The position numbers were made by a program, and so were the translations under genes. From NCBI RefSeq assembly GCF_964204645.1, contig NC_134025.1, forward strand, positions 17,459,101 through 17,523,100: a stretch of DNA of 64,000 bases, written 5' to 3'. The stretch is from Tubulanus polymorphus (taxonomy: Eukaryota > Animalia > Nemertea). The notes under the pieces were generated by a model. The model saw only the letters and a list, made by a program, of their open reading frames with translations. It made no database searches and was not told where the DNA came from. The stretch's first letter is position 1; each line of letters begins with the position of its first letter. Shown one piece after another: positions 51,551-64,000 of this stretch.

Positions 51551-54500
51551 GCATTGTTGGAAATGAAATGTTGGAAAAACATGGCCGACGTAGCCAGTTC
51601 ACGTCCTAACGACCTCTGGGAATAATATAGCTTTCAACCTTCATGGCTGTGTAAAATCTCGGATATACGCTATACTGATCATCAAAATTTCAGTTCGAAG
51701 GCTGGATAGATCACCGTGGTCAATTAGGGTATGTCGAATTAACTGATTAAGTTGAAGTAGACAGCACAGTGATTATAAATGGATGTGTAATCAGCAGTTA
51801 CAAAGTTGTCTTTTTTGTTGAAATTAAGTTTCTCTTAGTAACTCCGGATATTGAAATGCTATAAGAGAAATCTGGGATGAGATTAAGAGGAATTGTTTAA
51901 AATTTCGCAAATCGTAAATTGTGAATCGTCTCGTATTTCTACCTGCAATTCCAAGGTCACTATAATGTTTCTACGCGTATACGGTGGTGTCAAATCTATC
52001 TGAATTAAACTGTACTCACGCGTGTTACTCTACAATCTCTACAGCGTAATCCGACAATAATCTGTGATCTTAACAACCATGGCCGATCAAAATAAAACAG
52101 AGCAAGATAAACCACACCTTGCAAATAAATCAACTGATAGCGAGGTTTTTATGGATTCTGGAAGTATTGATGCTACGGACAAAACTGATGAACCTGCCCC
52201 GTCTGCTACCCTATCTGCTGACAAATCTGCTAAACCCCCGCGAAAGAAAAAAACGCAAACAGGCTCCTGTGCCGATACCTCAATTAACAATACGAATGTC
52301 GATGCTATTTTAAACACGGACAGTGTCAGCAATTCTGTTCACACTGATCATCCAAATAGTCCCTCTTCCTCTGCTATTGAAGCTCTAATTATGATTCAAA
52401 AATCCATGGTAACAATCGAAAGTCTTGAAAAATTTAAGCTCTCCCTGGAGGATACTATGGACCGAAAATTAGAATTGCATTACCAACGCGTAGAAAAAAC
52501 ACTAGAACGATATGAATGCCGCCTTTACGATCTCGAACGGGAAAATGATAATCTAAAGAAAGAACTAAAAGATCTTAATTTGTAAGATGACGAGCAAAAA
52601 CTTGAGTTAAAATGTCTGAAACAGGACCTAAATATCTATCAAGCGGAAAACGGTTGAAAATGAACAATATTCCCGCCGTAATAATATTCGTGTTTTCGGA
52701 ATAAAGGAAAATGCCGGAGAAGACTGTGGGCAAATCGTTATCGATAATCTAAAATCTAACATGCCAGAAGAAATCTTTGACAACCTTACGCTGAACGATA
52801 TCGATGTTTGTCACAGGATAAAGCCAAAAGTACCCAGCGTTGACGAGGATGGAGAGTACCTCCCGAATCCAATAATTGTTCGGTTCAAAGACCACCATTT
52901 TCGTAACAGGATATTTTTCAATAAAAAACACTTGAAAGGGAAAAAAATATTCGTGAAAGAACATTTGTCGCCTGAAATTGTCACTTTTATGGCTACTGTT
53001 AGAAAAAAGAGGGATTTCCTCAAAATGTGGACGATCAATGGCAAAATTTATGCTCTTAACAAAGACGGTAAAAAACTGCCAATTAAACTTTATGAATTCT
53101 AATATAAAAACCATTTAGTAATTTTCAAATTTACTGTACTGTGCTTATTTCTATTTCAACTCCTGTTTACTTATTAATGTAAAGTCATGTGTGTAATTCT
53201 ATAATTCTCTCTGCTCCAGTGACGATGACTATCATTGCGCGCGGAGTACAGAATTTATTATAGGTTTACCTCAGCATGCTCGCTTCTTTTCTTACCTTCA
53301 TATATATACTTGTCACACGTCGCGGACTTTGTCATTATTTATGCACTGAGTTCATGTAACGTTTTATCAATGGGTCATTATAATTCCTTCTGCTTGCTAA
53401 TATGATGGAATTTAACAGCATACAGCGTGACTGTTTGTATTATAACAGTTACGACTTAGTAAAAGAATTCTCTGACTCCAGTTATGGCCTTTTTCATGTA
53501 AACGTCGTGAGTCTGAACAAAAATTTTGATAATTTACTTTTAACTTTAGATTCTACTGCATGTAACTTTGACGTCATAGGCGTCACAGAGACTTGGGCGA
53601 GAATAAGCATGGATAATAGATCTTTATATCCAATTCCAGGATATAATTCAATTTTCAAATGCAGAGATCACTCCAGAGGTGGAGGAATAGCCTTTTATGT
53701 AAAAAATTCTATAAATTACAAAATTAGGACTGATCTCGATATACCTATTATCAATTCAATTGAATATATGTTCATCGAAATTAATCTTAGGAACTTCCCG
53801 GAAAAAATTCTTATTGGTCTATTTTACAGACCTCCTCAACTCAAGGTCAGTGACGTTATTAGTGATTTTTTGAAAATATTTGATAAGATATCTTGTCATT
53901 CTAGAGTTTTCCTTATGGAAAATTTCAATATCAACATACTTAATGAGGATCGCGACCTTCATACGACAACTTTTGTTGATACCTTGAGTTGCAATTCCTT
54001 TGCTCCTTTAATTAACAAACCTACACGCATTACTGATAAATCGGAATCTCTTCTAGATATAATTTTCACAAATTGTAATGAAGAGTATTATATCAAATCG
54101 GGCATAGAATTCATATAATGAATGATATGTCGGATCATCTACCTGTATTTTCAATTTTAAATACTAAGTCTAATTCTAAAAAAAAACTCCACATCATGTA
54201 AACTATAGACAAGTTAATGAACGCAACATGCGGATTTTCAAAAGGTATTTAATGGCCGAAAAATGGAATGATGTATATAATAGCACCAATACTGAACTGG
54301 CGTACAATACATTTATCACCTTATTTACTAAATACTATGACAACTCATCCCCAATAACCAAAAGGAAATGGAATCGATTAAAAGATAAGCTAAACCCTTG
54401 GATGACAAGAGGTCTATCAATTTCACTGAAACATAAGGAGAAGTTCTATACAGAGTATCTTAAGAAGAGGTCAGCTGAATGAAAATCAGTGTTTAATAAA

Positions 54501-56543
54501 TACAGAAACTGTTTTCACAAATGTATACGCGTGGCAAAAAAAGATTTCTACATGCAAAAGTTTGAAACTATAGGGACTGATTCCAAGCAGACCTGGGGAT
54601 TAATCAATTCTATATTACATAAAAGAAAAGCGTCAGATTTTCCTTAAAAGTTCAGACATAATGATCAATTCATTACTGACCCCCTCGATATAGCTAATAA
54701 TTTCAAAGACTTTTTTATAAATATCGGTCCAAAACTAGCTGATAAAATGCCAGATACAAACAAAGATTTCAAGAGTTATCTAAAAAACAGAGTTGAAGAC
54801 ACAATTTTCCTTGCTCCAGTGACTAAATTAGAAATAGAAAATATTGTTAAACTTTTTAAATCAAAGAATAGTTCTGGAGTTGATAATATTAGTCAGAAAT
54901 TATTAAAGGAGGTCATCCATCTTATCTCTGATCCCCTAGTATACATCTTTAATCTTAGTTTGGTATCTGGCGTTTTTCCTAGTGCTCTCAAAATTGCTCA
55001 GGTTTGTCCAATTTATAAAACCGGGGATAAGGCAAGTTTCACAAATTATCGCCCAATCTCAATCCTACCATGCCTCTCTACGATTTTAGAAAAAATCATG
55101 TATTGCCGTGTCATTGAGTTTCTTGAATCTCATAATGTAATTTCAGACTCCCAGTTTGGGTTTAGGAAAAAACATTCTACTTCCTATGCCCTAACAAAAA
55201 TAATCGATAACTTAATTGATAAATTGGATTGTGGAGAGACTATTTTAGGTATTTTTTTTAGATTTATCTAAAGCTTTGATACCATATATCATGCAATACT
55301 ATTAAACAAACTTGAACACTATGGTATCAGAGGTTTAGCTAATATCTGGTTTAAAAACTATCTTTGTAACTGACTTCAGTGTGTAAAATATGGAGATAAA
55401 ACATCCAATCGAATGAAAATAATATGTGGAGTCCCGCAAGGATCGATCTTGGGTCCTCTTCTCTTTATTTTGTACATTAACGATTGCCGCAATGCGTCAG
55501 CCATTTTACAGACTATAATGATCGCGGATGATACTAATATCTTTGCTTCCCATAAAGAGTAGAGAATTTTGGAGAAAACTGTCAATTTTGAACTTGCAAA
55601 CTTGGACGTCTGGTTTATGTCAAATAAACGTTCATTAAATCTTGACAAAACACATTTCATGGTATTTAGTAGAGCTAAGAAAAAAAGGACTTCCGAATAT
55701 ATATCGGTGAAGTACCTTTACAAAAAGTAAGTAACACCAAATTTGTAGGAGTCCAAATTGATGATAATTTAAATTGGAAAGCCCATATACAAAATATTGC
55801 GAAGAAAGTGGCACAAGGTATTGGTATCATCCGACGCTTATCACATTATGTTCCACGATCCGTTCTTCTAAAATTGTACTATTCTCTTATTCATCCTTAC
55901 ATTCATTATTGTAACATGACTTGGGAAAATAATAACACTACTAATCTTAACTGTCTTGTGGTATTACAAAAGAAAGCGATTAGAGCGATTAATAGAAGCG
56001 GCTACTTAGTGCACACGTCACCTTTATCAAAAGAGAACAAACTTTTGAAATTAGAGGATATCAACAAATTACAAATTTGCCAGTTCATGTACTTATATAA
56101 TAAAAATGATGTCCCTAAAGCCTTCGATGATTTCTTTTTACATAATTCGCAAATTCACAACCACAACACTCGAAATAGTACTGGTATCAATTTCGTAATC
56201 CCATATTCAAAAACCAACCTTCGTTACAATTCATTAAGATCGAAAGGTCCAAGACTTTGGAACACTTTGAATGCTAAGTTAAAACTATCTAAATATGTCT
56301 GTTCTTTTAAAAGAAATTTAAAGAAGTCCATCATAGACAATTACTAACTCACGTGAACATTGTTTAAATTCAAGTATTGCGCCCGTCTGAAAGTATGTAT
56401 GTGTGTGTATGCATGAAGCGCGTGTGAATATGCGTGTTTTTTTCCTCTTTTTTCCTTATTTTGTTTTCCTTTTAGGGTGCCTGATACTAAAAGCTTTGCT
56501 TTTTTCGGGTTGCCCTGCTGTTATTTTACATCAGCATATATCG

Positions 56544-56630
<87 letters not shown>

Positions 56631-56718
56631 GTATCAGGCACCCTAAAAGGAAAACAAAATAAGGAAAAGAGAGAAAAAAAAACACGCATATTCACACATA
56701 TGATATGATGATATGATA
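51551..56718 (+). mobile_element. Near full-length degraded CR1-group LINE (Crack/Daphne/L2-like)
   Basis: ORF1 52079-53102 (coiled coil, EQYSRRNNIRVFG, DIDVCHRI, PIIVRF); ORF2 53402-56347 (GVTETW, RGGG, YRPP, SDHLP, YRPISILP, QFGFRK, GVPQGSILGP, ADDT, HNHNTRN); TATGA-type tail; absent from copy 1. Confidence 0.9.
56549..56626. repeat. (TA)n microsatellite between inverted repeats
   Basis: Direct reading; 56423-56489 is inverted to 56629-56696. Confidence 0.95.
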
Positions 56719-57057
56719 CATTTATGGAAAAAAAAACCATTAGCAAAATTGCTAGGAATTGCACCAGATACTGTGTTACAGGAAACATAGACGGTAATTC
56801 AAATATAATGCCTTTTACACATTTTTATATCTATTGCAATTTAATTGATCCTAGAAAAACATTTGAAGCAACTAAAGATACAATTTGTAATTCTAGTATA
56901 TTAAATTTTTTACCATTAAAAAATGTTAAAAAATTTGGAAGTCAAATAAATCATAATTTAGCTGAATGTGATTTTAAACCTTGTATTTCACATTTCAATA
57001 ATTTTAAATTAGAAATCATAAAGGATATTTAATTGTTTTAAATAATTTTATATAAAT

Positions 57058-57417
57058 ATGAATATAACAGTTGGACCAAGTATATGTTTTGGATTTGATT
57101 TTAAACGTGAGAAAGAAATGAAATTAAACATTAATGATGTAATAACACGTGTTAAAAATATTGCAAATATTGTATTTACTAATGAACCAACATTTGAGTG
57201 TGAAAAAACAATAAATAAAGAAACTTTTAATGTAGAAAAGATTACCGATTTAATTAGAGAGTCTTTGAGATTTTATGAATTAGATGATGATTTCATTATT
57301 GATGATATTAAAAAAATAATAACTGAAATATATAAAAATGAAACTAATAATGAAATAAATGTTGAAATAATTATAAATAAGATAACTAAATATTTTGAAG
57401 ATGGTAATTTGTTTTGA
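57058..57417 (+). CDS. Viral hypothetical protein (119 aa)
   Basis: Intact ORF with a homolog in copy 1. Confidence 0.7.
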   Translation: MNITVGPSICFGFDFKREKEMKLNINDVITRVKNIANIVFTNEPTFECEKTINKETFNVEKITDLIRESLRFYELDDDFIIDDIKKIITEIYKNETNNEINVEIIINKITKYFEDGNLF

Positions 57418-57424
57418 TAAATAA

Positions 57425-57688
57425 ATGAGTGATAATAAGTGGATAATAACTGGATTATATAATGGAGCATTACTATCAGTTGGAACTGTTGGTTATACAA
57501 TGGTAATAAAAAAAGTACTTAAAATGGGAAGTGTTATTGTTGATAGATTTGATATCAATGATATTTTAAGATTAACATTAGCAGTTACTTTATCTAATTT
57601 AACTATTGATTATTTGGAAAAACAAAAATATATTCCTCTATATAAACGGGTAATTTTTTTACCAAATAAATGGCATCTGCAATTATAA
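57425..57688 (+). CDS. Small hydrophobic viral protein
   Basis: ORF with two hydrophobic segments; homolog in copy 1; the true stop may be earlier. Confidence 0.65.
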   Translation: MSDNKWIITGLYNGALLSVGTVGYTMVIKKVLKMGSVIVDRFDINDILRLTLAVTLSNLTIDYLEKQKYIPLYKRVIFLPNKWHLQL

Positions 57689-60600
57689 CTATTATAGGAT
57701 CGGCAATTGTTAACGCTTTAGCATTTACTGGTGGGGGATATTTATTTAAGCATATTGATAAAAATAGTTCATTAGGAGAACAAAGAAGACATAACTTAGC
57801 GTTAGAGAAATACAATAAAGCAGCAGAAGAATACAGAGAAAAGAGACAAAATTATATGGATTATATTAATAATTAATTATATAACCAAAATATTTTACAT
57901 AGAGATTTTCAATCAGTCGATGATGCAATGAGTTTATATAACGCAGTAACAAATAAAGAACAAGAGCCCCAAGGGGCACAATGGCCAGCCTGTCAGATTT
58001 GCTTTTTATAAATGATGTAATCTGTGGGTTATATTTATCAATATACACTCCCTGCTCAATATCATTTACATAGTAAAATCGTGTGTTAACACAGACAGCA
58101 GGAACGAATGTAATATAGAAATACTAAGTTATTGTATTGTTCAACGCCCCCTGGTGGCCATAAAAAAACCAATGAGCTTGAAACTCACCTCGATCATAGA
58201 ACATGTCATGAGCTACAACTTTCCAATTGATTATAGTAGCAAAATATGCTTAAGTATCAATTATGATGTGGAAAAACTTTTTTTCCACCTACGAATGAGT
58301 ACTGATGACCCCAAGATGGCTGCCAAGTGCGTCATAATTGCCTGGTCAAAAATACCCTCTCGGATATAAAAGATCCCTTTCCAAAGAATACCCATTACAA
58401 ATTGCAATGAAACATGGCGCACCATTAGAAAGCTACAGTACTCTGAATTCAGGCCAAAATTGACATTTTTGGGAACAAAAAAGGTCACAGTACGGCCATC
58501 TTGAGTCCGATCGACTCAATTTTTCTTATGCCGATGAACCCTCGGGGGATACAAATATATACGAATGATCAAGGTTATTGACAAAAGTGTCTTCAAAATT
58601 TCAACAATGGCTGCCAGTCGGCCATCTTGAATCTGACAGGGCCAGTTTTTGGCCTGAAGATTTGTCTAGGGTAGATACACGTATAAAACATATATCAAGA
58701 CATTACCTTGAAGCGTCTTCAAAACTTTGGAACTCTCACGAACTATCTAGATGGTTATCTTTCGACCTCAATAGCTTCGAGACCCATCTCAAAACAACTT
58801 TGTTCCATGCAGCATACCATTAACTCTCGGAAAGCGAATTGTATTTAACATTTTTTGGCAGAATAAAATTTGATTGAATTTGCAATTCGGGCACATGGCT
58901 AATTAGCATATCAAGGTCATACACCCGATTTGGTAAAACCTTTTTTTCGCGAACCTTGCGCAATTGTCAAGGATGAATTTTCTGTAGAGCAAATAAAAAT
59001 TCCTCCCAAACACCAAATCAACTAAAGATTTCATAGAAATCGATCTTGAAATACAATTTTAAATCTTAAAATAAAACCCGGAAGTAAAACAGTAGACGAT
59101 ACCGCGGATTCACGTGAACACCTGATTTCTGTAAACGAAATGTTGGTTGTGACAAAATTGTTCAGACGGTTTTAGGTGGTAATAAGTATGGAAACGTAAC
59201 GACCATGGTCGACTTATGCGATGAAATCAGGCCTATGTGATATCCAAATTTTGACTTCTTTATTCTCCAGACCTACCTGATATAGAAATAAAAAATTTTG
59301 GTGGTACGAAAGTGCAATCACAGCGCCAACGGGGACAGAGCCGTGTCAGAGATCGGCGGAGTGAAAATTGAGATGGACGAACACGAAGAAGTAGGCTATT
59401 GCGTAGTTAGTTACCTAATCGTTGGTGGTAAGCTTTTTATAATCGGATGGGCTTATACCAACGTTAGGGATGACAAGGACCAAAACACGGTTGAAAAAAG
59501 TAACACTTCAAAAATATACTTTCTATTCACTTCAGTCCACAATTAATGGCTTAATTCATAAACTAACACAGGTACCAATTTTTATTTTTGCTGGTTTTCC
59601 AACTTATATTTCAAATCTTTGTGTTTTCCATAGTAAATAATGAAATAATAAATTCTGGTAAAAGAAAAATGTGAATAAGTGTTGATTTCTTATTTTTTTC
59701 AATTTCGTCGTTTCGCTTTGTTAGTTTGTGCTGTTGTCCTCGCCTCAGTCCACAGGTGCCAGCACCTCCAGTAATTTTCAAAATGGCAGCTGTTGACCCG
59801 ACGGAAATTTACTCTCACTTTACGGCCGATTTGCACATGGATTAAGATCGTCAGGTGAGGTGTTATAGGTATCAGACAAACTACGAATCTGTTGTGCGTC
59901 GATTACGACAAAAATTAGACGGATATCTTAAGAGACAATGAAATGCCAGGCAAATTACTCGTCAGTCAAATTGGCTGACGAAGATTTCATACAAAAATGA
60001 CGTTCCCATTCCTGACTGTGTTTTGTGAAAATATCCGATCGTGAAACTAAACCACAGACAGGTTACTGACTAGCTATTGCGCTACTTGAATCACGAAAAC
60101 TCCTGGCGCGGCCCCGACGCTTTTCGTTGATTAAGTAATACAAATATCATGCAATGGGTTTTCACAATCTACCGCTGGTATTTACCGGATTTCAATATCA
60201 CTCCTAAATTCAAAGAAACCTCGAAATATCGAACCGGAACACTTCCGGTAGATCTCCGCGGCTGCCCAACCGGGAAACTTATTTGTTTCAATAGATATTG
60301 ATAGGATCCATCATCTTCACCCGTCAAGGGATTCGAACCCACTAAGCTAAAGCCATGCCAGAATCGGGTAGGGCCAATCACAGCGCTTGTAACAAACCAC
60401 ATTAGGCTTCTGTGGAATTTCCCAGTAAATGGGCCAATCAGCGAACACGTAGCGAACGCGGAAGTATTGTCGCGTGTTGATACATGACGTCATGCGCAAA
60501 AGCGCCAGTAATGAAATCGCGATAATTCACGTGAACAGCTGCTGATATTTTCAGATAAACCAATCACAGGGAAGACACAACTTCCTGATTGGCTGATAAA

Positions 60601-60962
60601 AATTGAAATTTTCCCGATTTAACTTTCGTGAAAAATGCAGAAAACATTTTTATGAGACCCTATTTCAAAATTCTGCTCGCTACGATTCCGAGAATGGATT
60701 ACGCTTAAATACGTGATTTGTTCGAATATGCCCTCACTTGGCAAGCAAAAGAGCCTTTTTCTGTGGAAACCATGTCATTTAAATTCGCTCCATTTGTATA
60801 GTAATAGGCTCAGCCTACGGCTGGCCTAAAAATTACATCTACATAAACCTACAATATCCGATTATTATACCCCAAGTAATGAACAGAAGAAATATGAAAT
60901 AATTTGGATTTTAGGTGGAACAGTTATTGTTATATTTGTGGCATATAAATTTACTAATTAGT
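57670..60962 (+). pseudogene. Viral membrane protein (MASAIITIIGSAIVNALAF...) split by a Helentron
   Basis: 57670-57959 plus 60828-60962 match the copy 1 gene. Confidence 0.75.
57960..60827 (-). mobile_element. Composite Helentron-type insertion
   Basis: ACAAGA + hairpin GCCCC-aa-GGGGC + GGCCAGCC; far end GGCTGGCCTAAAA; inserted in GAA|AAATTACATC with no TSD; contains other repeats. Confidence 0.75.
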
Positions 60963-60981
60963 AATTTTCTTTTCTAAATAA

Positions 60982-61411
60982 ATGAGCGATAAAGTTGATA
61001 ATAATGATATTATTCCTCATGATATAAATAAAACTAAATTAAAATTATATTTGGAAAAACAAATATTAGAATTTGAAAATGATTTAAAAGTAAAAAAGAA
61101 AAAATATTTAAAAAGCAAAATTATATATTATTATTAGTGGTTCAGTTACAATAAGTTCTGTAATAACATTTCTAGCAATATTCAGTCCATTAACTCCTTT
61201 AGCTATATCAATTGGTGTGTTAGGATTAAGTTCAAGTGTTTCAACCGGAATAAGTTCAATATTAAATATAAAAAGTAATAAAGAAAAAATAAAATCCAAT
61301 ATAAAAGAAATTATTAAATTAAAAAATACACTAGATTATATAATAAGTTTAAATGGTAATATAACAATTCAAGAGCAGGATGAATTATTAAATGAATTGA
61401 TTAATTATTAA
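60982..61411 (+). pseudogene. Viral two-TM/coiled-coil protein
   Basis: Homolog of 26032-27582. Confidence 0.7.
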
Positions 61412-61427
61412 TTTTTTTATTATATAA

Positions 61428-62736
61428 ATGGCAATTAGTTTTCCAAAAGCTTTCCAATATAATAAATCAATTAAATATAATATTCCAGCAATAGATTTAA
61501 TAAAGATATTTCATATAGAAATGAAGTTTTAGATTCATTAATTAATTTAGATATTTATGTTACTGAAACTAATAATTTCAACGTTAAGGTGGAAAATATA
61601 TTCAATATTTACGTAATTAATTTTAAAAATTTAAATGAGGCAAACAATGGTTATTAAAATCTAATATGAAGTATTGGCAGAACCAATTAAATTTTGCAGT
61701 TTATTGTGCAACAACAGCGTGTGGTATAAGTTGGAATGATCATTTAAATAAACCAAGTTTACCATTAATATTATCACTTTTTAGATTTCATACATATTTT
61801 CAAATAAAATTAATATTAAATGAATTAGAGTGCCCTTTACCAGGTTCAAAATATTTTAATGAACTGAATAATAATATTAATTTATAAAAGTTTTATAGAA
61901 TACGTAATGAATTCAATATTAATTCAAATAATGATTTTACAGCAAAAATTGGTACAATGGGTGGATTAGGAATATTATATACTAAAGAATTTGGAAAAAT
62001 AATGACAAATACAGACATAAGAACACTAAAGTGGAATGAATTACCATAATATTATAATAATATACAACAACAAAATAATAATGGATGGATTAATTTTATT
62101 TTAGAAAATAGTGAAGGTTTTACTAAAGCTGGAATACAGAGAACTTATTTGATATGTATTTTAGGTGCGCAAGTTGAAAAAAGGTCACCAATGGTTTGAA
62201 ATGATAATACTTCATTTGATACACAAAAACAATTCAAAGTATTATTTGAAGATTCAATTCATAATGATAAAAAAGATCGATTCCAGAAAATATAGTCAGG
62301 TACCAAAATTATTTAGATAAATCTCATGTAAGATTAAATTATTGTATAGGACCTAATTTATTAATTATTTCTGATGATTTAATATTAAAAATGGGAAATA
62401 TAATTGGTTATGATAATTTAATTAAAACTGCAACAATAAATAATTCATTGGGATTAAATGATATAAATAAAAAGATTATTACTGCTCCAAAATTAATGGA
62501 AGGTGACAAAATTAAAAAAAAAACATATTCAATCAACAGAAACTAAAACTAAGAATATTAAATTGGATAATGATTCTAAAATAAAAGATTACAATACATC
62601 AGAAAATATAAAAACTGATATTATTCAACATGAAATAATTAAAAGTAATAATGATAATAAATCACACGAAAATACTAAATTAGCTATAACATGTATAGGA
62701 ATTGTAATAGGAGGAATACTATATTTCAAATTTTAA
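61428..62736 (+). pseudogene. Conserved viral protein (WQNQLNFAVYCATTACGIS) with C-terminal TM helix
   Basis: Homolog of 27601-28880; ends LAITCIGIVIGGILYFKF. Confidence 0.75.
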
Positions 62737-62751
62737 TTTTTTATTATATAA

Positions 62752-64000
62752 ATGGAAGAAGATATTCCAATGGATACTTTTGGTGACGCCCCTGGTATAA
62801 GTGATGAACCACAACCTGATTTTAATGAAACTAATATTGATAATGGTGATGAAACAGCATATAATAATGCTGAAGATGATTCTAGAGGGCCTATATTATA
62901 TGATTATGATGAATTTAAAGATGATACTGAAACAAGTGAAAAATTAATAGATTATTTAAGAACCCGCGATGAGATAATAATTAAAACTAGACCAGAAAGA
63001 AAAGATTCAATTAATAGATTAGAAAGAACAGAAAACCCTGAATTGAAAAAAGAATTATTATACTTAAAACATAGTGTAACAAATACAGTTATTGAAGAAT
63101 TATTACCAAAAAATGTAACAAGATAACATTGAACCAGAAGATATTTCAGAACAAATCTTCACATTTCATGAATAATTTAGAATTTAAAAATGATGCATGG
63201 TATTATAATGTTGAATCAAATAACAAAACTGTATCAATTCAATTATCTTAAATGGGACAAGAAGATCTGTACCATCCTGAAATGCGAGCAGGATCTTCAA
63301 TTGAACATTCAAAAGGTGGTACAATATTTCTCAGAATTATATGGAATGCACTCGATAGAATAGATGAAGAAGAACCAAATGTTGGTATTGATATTAACAA
63401 ATATCCACCATTTAAAAATCCAAATTTAAATCCTACTTATGTTGATCCAGAAATGGAAGAGTATGGGGATCTATTAGATAAATTAAGATCTTCAACACCA
63501 GAAACATCGAGAAGAGATATTCAACAAATTGATAATGGTTCAAGTCAATTACAATTAGTAAAACATTTTGATAGCATGTTAGATACAGTTCATTCATTTG
63601 AATAGTATTTTTGATACACCCGGTACTGAAACTGGAAAAAATCGAATGCAATCTTTGTTAAAAAGGCATTACTTGATTTAAATGAAGAACAATTAAAAAT
63701 ATTTCCTGAACAAGCACGTAGAGAAATTAAAGGTATGCAAGAATCAGCTGGTTAAATTGCCAATATTAAGATGAGATTTTCTAAAATAACCATGTTAGAA
63801 AAAGAATTAAAACAATTAGAATTAAATAGAGATCTTCAATTAATCGAGGAAGCTGATTATGAAAGCAGAAAGTTAGCTTTAGATAAAGAAATTGATGATT
63901 TAAAATATAACAAAGAATTACAGCAAAAAGAATGAGATATATTATTGAAATCATATGATCTCAATCATATCAAAAAATTAAAAGTTATTTTTAAAGATTT
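62752..64000 (+). pseudogene. Acidic/coiled-coil viral protein, N-terminal part
   Basis: MEEDIPMDTFG...; 63700-64000 aligns with 29280-29600. Confidence 0.7.

Larger units (their letters stand above)
51164..57032 (+). pseudogene. Minor capsid protein of copy 2, split by a LINE
   Basis: Halves 51164-51550 and ~56719-57032 match 19533-20289. Confidence 0.75.
48551..64000 (+). mobile_element. Endogenous Polinton-like virus, copy 2 (continues beyond the window)
   Basis: Begins with AGTAAT hairpin; PolB, MESKQ, penton and five further genes collinear with copy 1. Confidence 0.9.

Overview
AT-rich animal genomic DNA, probably a marine invertebrate (inference from intron structure and repeat types). 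It holds one intact host gene: an arginase with 8 coding exons (+ strand, 15815-43231, 334 aa, all Mn-binding motifs present). The dominant feature is a family of very AT-rich, degraded endogenous Polinton-like viruses. Copy 1 (about 19008-36539) sits inside the 22.8-kb arginase intron, copy 2 runs from 48551 past the window end, and a third terminal remnant lies at 5217-5485. Together they encode a protein-primed PolB with zinc-finger and OTU-like N-terminus, major and minor capsid proteins and several small membrane proteins. Each preserved end is a 107-152 nt fold-back hairpin with AGTAAT...ATTACT ends and a conserved apex. Most viral genes start at a T-tract + TAAATG motif resembling poxvirus late promoters, which suggests a possible helper-dependent (virophage-like) lifestyle; this is an inference. 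The rest is heavily nested transposon DNA: a Harbinger element, Helentron-type elements, three CR1-group LINEs (one with a 2A peptide), an intron-containing IS630/Tc1-like relic, MITEs, tRNA-like SINE heads, a Penelope-type hammerhead relic and long microsatellites. All calls were made by eye, without database searches.
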